Sequence record: OY723365.1
DNA length: 9,376 nt
Reading direction: 5' to 3' (one strand)
The notes under the pieces were generated by a model that had not been told where the DNA came from, did not search any database, and worked only from the letters and a program-made list of their open reading frames with translations. Positions 6,441 through 9,376 of the stretch are shown one piece after another. The translations under genes were made by a program, and so were the position numbers. The number at the start of each line of letters is the position of its first letter. Position 1 is the first letter of the stretch.

Positions 6441-6934
6441 GTACATCATTAGATACATCAAACCATGTGTTTCATGTCATTAGATGTATCAATACATGAT
6501 ACTACTAGTACTCTCTAGATACTCATAGTACTCCATACACCTCTGCAATGGTGGTATGGTACCCGTACTCCCCATGTACTGTATACCATAGGATACATGG
6601 TACTAATGGTGTGTATGGTGTAGTACTACTGGTATTAGATGTGTGTACCTACTCATAATGAGTACTTCATGTCATCAAATCATGTGTTTTCATGTCATCA
6701 AATGCATGCAATATCATGATATCTGGTGACTACTGGATACTCCCTATATACCATATAGTACTCCATACACCTCTGCATGGTGTAATGGTACCTATACTCC
6801 CCATGTACTGTATACCATAGGATACATGGTACTAATGGTGTGTATGCTGTTGTACTAGTGGTATTAGATGTGTATACCTACTCATGATGTATACATTCAT
6901 GTCATCAAATGCATGCATTTACATGATGATACTG
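6440..6934. repeat. Subrepeat array S2 of unit B
   Basis: Degenerate anchor catgtcattagatgtatc at 6473, and intact anchors at 6691 and 6898. 6473-6690 parallels 1231-1436, and 6691-6934 parallels 1618-1860. Confidence 0.8.
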
Positions 6935-7479
6935 CTCATGAGTACCTACCCGTAGTAGTATACATGTAGTATCCATGGTATACATAGTACTCGTAGTGTA
7001 TGCTGTTAGGCTATGATGTAGGGGTATCCCGTACCCCTCATACCATCCGTGCATACTACTAGTATCCTGTATATCACTAGATACTGTATATGATCATACG
7101 TGCAAACCATGTGTTCAGATGTCTCGAAACATGTGTTTTGGTGTCATGACATACACATTCTATACTACTAATGAGTACCTATCCATGGTATGTGCTGTAA
7201 GGGATACTAGGGGATATGGTGTATACCTCTAATGGGGCATATGCTGCCATTAGGGATACCCCCAATACCTGTAGTACTCTGTATAGCTCATTATGCCATG
7301 ATATGCAATAGTAGTGGATTCGCTCATCTCGACTAGATCATGTCACGAAATGACATGTTTTGGGAGGTGTGCCGATACCCACTAGTAACACAGATACTGT
7401 ATGGTCTGTAGGTATCCCCATTCCCTCGATAAAGAGGCATCAGGGGATATGCACATGCCACCAGTACACTAAGGACTCT

Positions 7480-7734
7480 AAGGGGTGCCAAAAGGGGTCC
7501 AAAAGTGCTCATTTTAGGGGTACCCGTAAATGGCATAATTGCCCCGATTTCGCGTACTCATATTCCTAAGGTCACTGTAAGGAATATGGTCTCCGGCGAT
7601 GGCATTCCCATTGTGTGCATCCGAAAAGGGCATAAAATGACCCATTTTAGGCACTTTTGGGCCTTTTGGGGTCGCAAATGTGCACATTAAGACCCCTAAT
7701 GTCTCCAAAAGGGTCCAAAATGATGCATTCGTTT
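7480..7734. repeat. T-block 2, unit B
   Basis: Identical by eye to 2406-2660 at offset 5074. Confidence 0.7.
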
Positions 7735-7758
7735 TCTGTCTGACTCGGATCCGCCCTT

Positions 7759-7776
7759 CGCGCGCGCGCGCGTGTG
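7759..7776. repeat. (CG)7(TG)2 tract, unit B
   Basis: Identical to 2685-2702 at offset 5074. Confidence 0.9.
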
Positions 7777-8182
7777 TTACTATACACTAAGGGCACACAA
7801 TTTAGGGGTTCCGAGCACCTCCAGACCCCCAATCCGACACCCTCTGGGATACCCTATCTGAGGGGTACGGGCCCGAATCCCTTAGGAGCACCTTAGGGAT
7901 GGCATTGGGGAGGGGTCTGGGAGCACCCAGAAAGGGTCCCAAAACGAGTGATTTAGGGTCCAAAACACCCATTTTGGGAGGTCTCGGGATACCTCAGATA
8001 CCCCATTTCTGGAGGTCTTGGGGTCCTCAGATCATGGCATCCGTGTCCTCAGATACCTAATACCTATGGTCTGCGAGTCCCTAGTACCTATCTGCATGGT
8101 CTGTATGTCCGTATCCTCTGTGCCATGTCCTCTGTGCATGTCCTCAGTACCTCTCTGCGAGTCCTTAGTACCTAATGCCTAT

Positions 8183-8194
8183 ACCTATCTGCAC
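8183..8194. repeat. Same 12-mer present once in unit B (allelic contraction by 36 bp)
   Basis: The sequence is atgcctat|acctatctgcac|aggtcc. The ORF 8018-8242 is 12 residues shorter than ORF 2944-3204. Confidence 0.9.
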
Positions 8195-8628
8195 AGGTCC
8201 TCAGATACATCGCGAGCATCTCCAGACCCCCGGATCTCATGATCTGATGGTCTCCGGATCCGCTCATGGTCTCCAGATCTGCACATCCCCAGACCCCTAA
8301 TCCGATACCCACAGCATATGGTCTCATAGTATGTATCTAATGGTGATGGTATCCATAGTGGTCTGTATCCCTACTACACACCCCATGGTATGTAGTGCAT
8401 ATGGTCTGCATGCCCTCATGGTCTCCGGATCCCTGCATCCCTGGATCCCATACCCATGGCATCCCCAGACCCCCGGATCTCATGATTTGAGACCCCAAAT
8501 CCATCATTTTGAGACCTCTAAAATCATCATTTTAGACCCCAAAACCATGGATTTCAGGTCCTCAGATATGCTCTCCGGGATGCTCGTAATGGTCATAATG
8601 GCTCTCAGAGGATATGGGGATACTCCCC

Positions 8629-8692
8629 GTAGGCCTCTCGGTAGCCCAGGATGCACGGAGGGACATTCCCTGTGGAGGTGATCTCCTCAGGT
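8629..8692. repeat. 64-bp conserved core, occurrence 3 of 4
   Basis: Exact copy at offset 5038 from 3591-3654. Confidence 0.9.
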
Positions 8693-8717
8693 ATCCCGTA
8701 TGCCATATCCTGTCATT

Positions 8718-8844
8718 AGGTACCCATTCCGACCCATTTGGTGTCCCCAAAATCATCACTTTTGGTGACCAAAGGGGTACCCCTTTGCAACACGTTTTGG
8801 GACCCCCTAAAATGGTCACTTTTGGGACCTCTTTAGGTACCCTT
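8718..8844. repeat. T-block with dyad motifs, unit B
   Basis: Counterpart of 3680-3806 at offset 5038, with one substitution (a3793 vs c8831). Smaller blocks lie at 7931-8026, 8484-8551 and 9289-9340. Confidence 0.7.
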
Positions 8845-9025
8845 CCCGGCACCCCTTAAGGGCCATCCTTCGAGGAATGGCACCATTTAGGGGGTCTGAA
8901 AGGGGGTCAGAAAGGGTGCTAAAAGGGTACATGCATGAGTACTCACACACCATCTTTAAGGGGTTTCGGGGGTTCTGTATCCCTCGAAGGATCCCCCTTA
9001 GTATATGGGGTGGTGTTCCCATGTG

Positions 9026-9130
9026 CAAAAGGGGCTAAAAGTGGTGTTTTCGACCCTTTTTGCATGCCAAAACCACCAAAATCGATGGTTTTGAGCACCC
9101 CAAATCACTCATTTTGGGGGTTTCGGGCCC
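9026..9130. repeat. T-block, unit B
   Basis: Identical by eye to 3988-4092 at offset 5038. Confidence 0.7.
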
Positions 9131-9179
9131 TGTCCAATACCCTCCATAATGGTCTCTTAGAGGATATGGGGTACTGCAT

Positions 9180-9243
9180 GTAGGCCTCTCGGTAGCCCAG
9201 GATGCACGGAGGGACATTCCCTGTGGAGGTGATCTCCTCAGGT
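9180..9243. repeat. 64-bp conserved core, occurrence 4 of 4
   Basis: Exact copy at offset 5038 from 4142-4205. Confidence 0.9.
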
Positions 9244-9376
9244 TCCATAATGCCCTAGATGTGCTAATCCCGTGCCGATACCTACTCGCAACACATGTTT
9301 TGGGACCCCTAAAACATGTATTTCGACCCATTTGGGGTCCTCATACCATGGCACCATCCTCTGTGCACATACCATG

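Larger units (their letters stand above)
4339..9376. repeat. Macro-repeat unit, copy B (5038 bp). Longer than copy A by +193 (extra subrepeat), about +543 net (variable region) and -36 (minisatellite).
   Basis: Starts with tatctagaggatgtggtctcc exactly as position 1 does, and ends with ctctgtgcacataccatg exactly as 4321-4338 does. The offsets to copy A change stepwise: 4338, 4531, 5074, 5038. Confidence 0.95.

Noticed and set aside
1-9376. LTR retrotransposon, IS element or other mobile element delimited by long direct repeats
   Set aside because: The two long repeats are directly adjacent and cover the entire window, so there is no internal region. There are no gag, pol, transposase or integrase ORFs. 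I could identify no terminal inverted repeats or target-site duplications.
1-9376. rDNA intergenic spacer, since nested subrepeats are typical of IGS
   Set aside because: Two complete consecutive units contain no rRNA-like sequence, so the repeat unit itself is not an rDNA unit.

Overview
I found no supportable protein-coding, tRNA, rRNA, CRISPR or mobile-element gene in this window. It is structured, nested repeat DNA with no credible coding capacity.

**Overall structure.** The 9376 bp are exactly two head-to-tail copies of one macro-repeat unit: copy A at 1-4338 and copy B at 4339-9376. The last bases of the window (...ctctgtgcacataccatg) and the first bases (tatctagagg...) recreate the internal A/B junction at 4338/4339. 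The window is therefore in phase with the repeat. It could be a slice of a longer array or a circularly permuted or circular contig.

**Modules within each unit.**
- A junction+head module of about 223 bp, present twice per unit, which gives a 1046-bp internal duplication.
- Two arrays of a subrepeat of about 193-229 bp, anchored on catgtcatcaaatgcatgc.
- Several blocks of a degenerate 21-25-bp motif (GGGTCC-AAAA-N5-8-CATTTT-AGGG). These carry isolated telomere-like TTTAGGG/TTTTAGGG cores and short dyads.
- A GC-richer island with a (CG)7(TG)2 tract and a G-quadruplex-type motif.
- A 12-bp minisatellite.
- A 64-bp core, identical in all four occurrences (two per unit, 551 bp apart).

**How the two copies compare.** The distal 2.4 kb of the two copies is almost identical: I found one substitution plus a 36-bp minisatellite length difference. 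The copies differ structurally as follows:
- Copy B has one extra perfect 193-bp subrepeat.
- Copy B has a private block of about 650 bp.
- Copy A has a private 168-bp segment.
- Copy A has 4 units of the 12-mer and copy B has 1.

**Why the ORFs are not genes.** The longest ORF is 121 aa. ORFs overlap on both strands, are low-complexity peptides, and recur only because the DNA is repeated. Copy-to-copy indels of 1 bp and 193 bp break the reading frames.

**Interpretation.** The architecture resembles a eukaryote-type macrosatellite or higher-order repeat evolving by unequal exchange. It does not resemble a prokaryotic gene neighbourhood. I cannot assign a taxon from the sequence alone, and I see no evidence of a protein-based biological system here.
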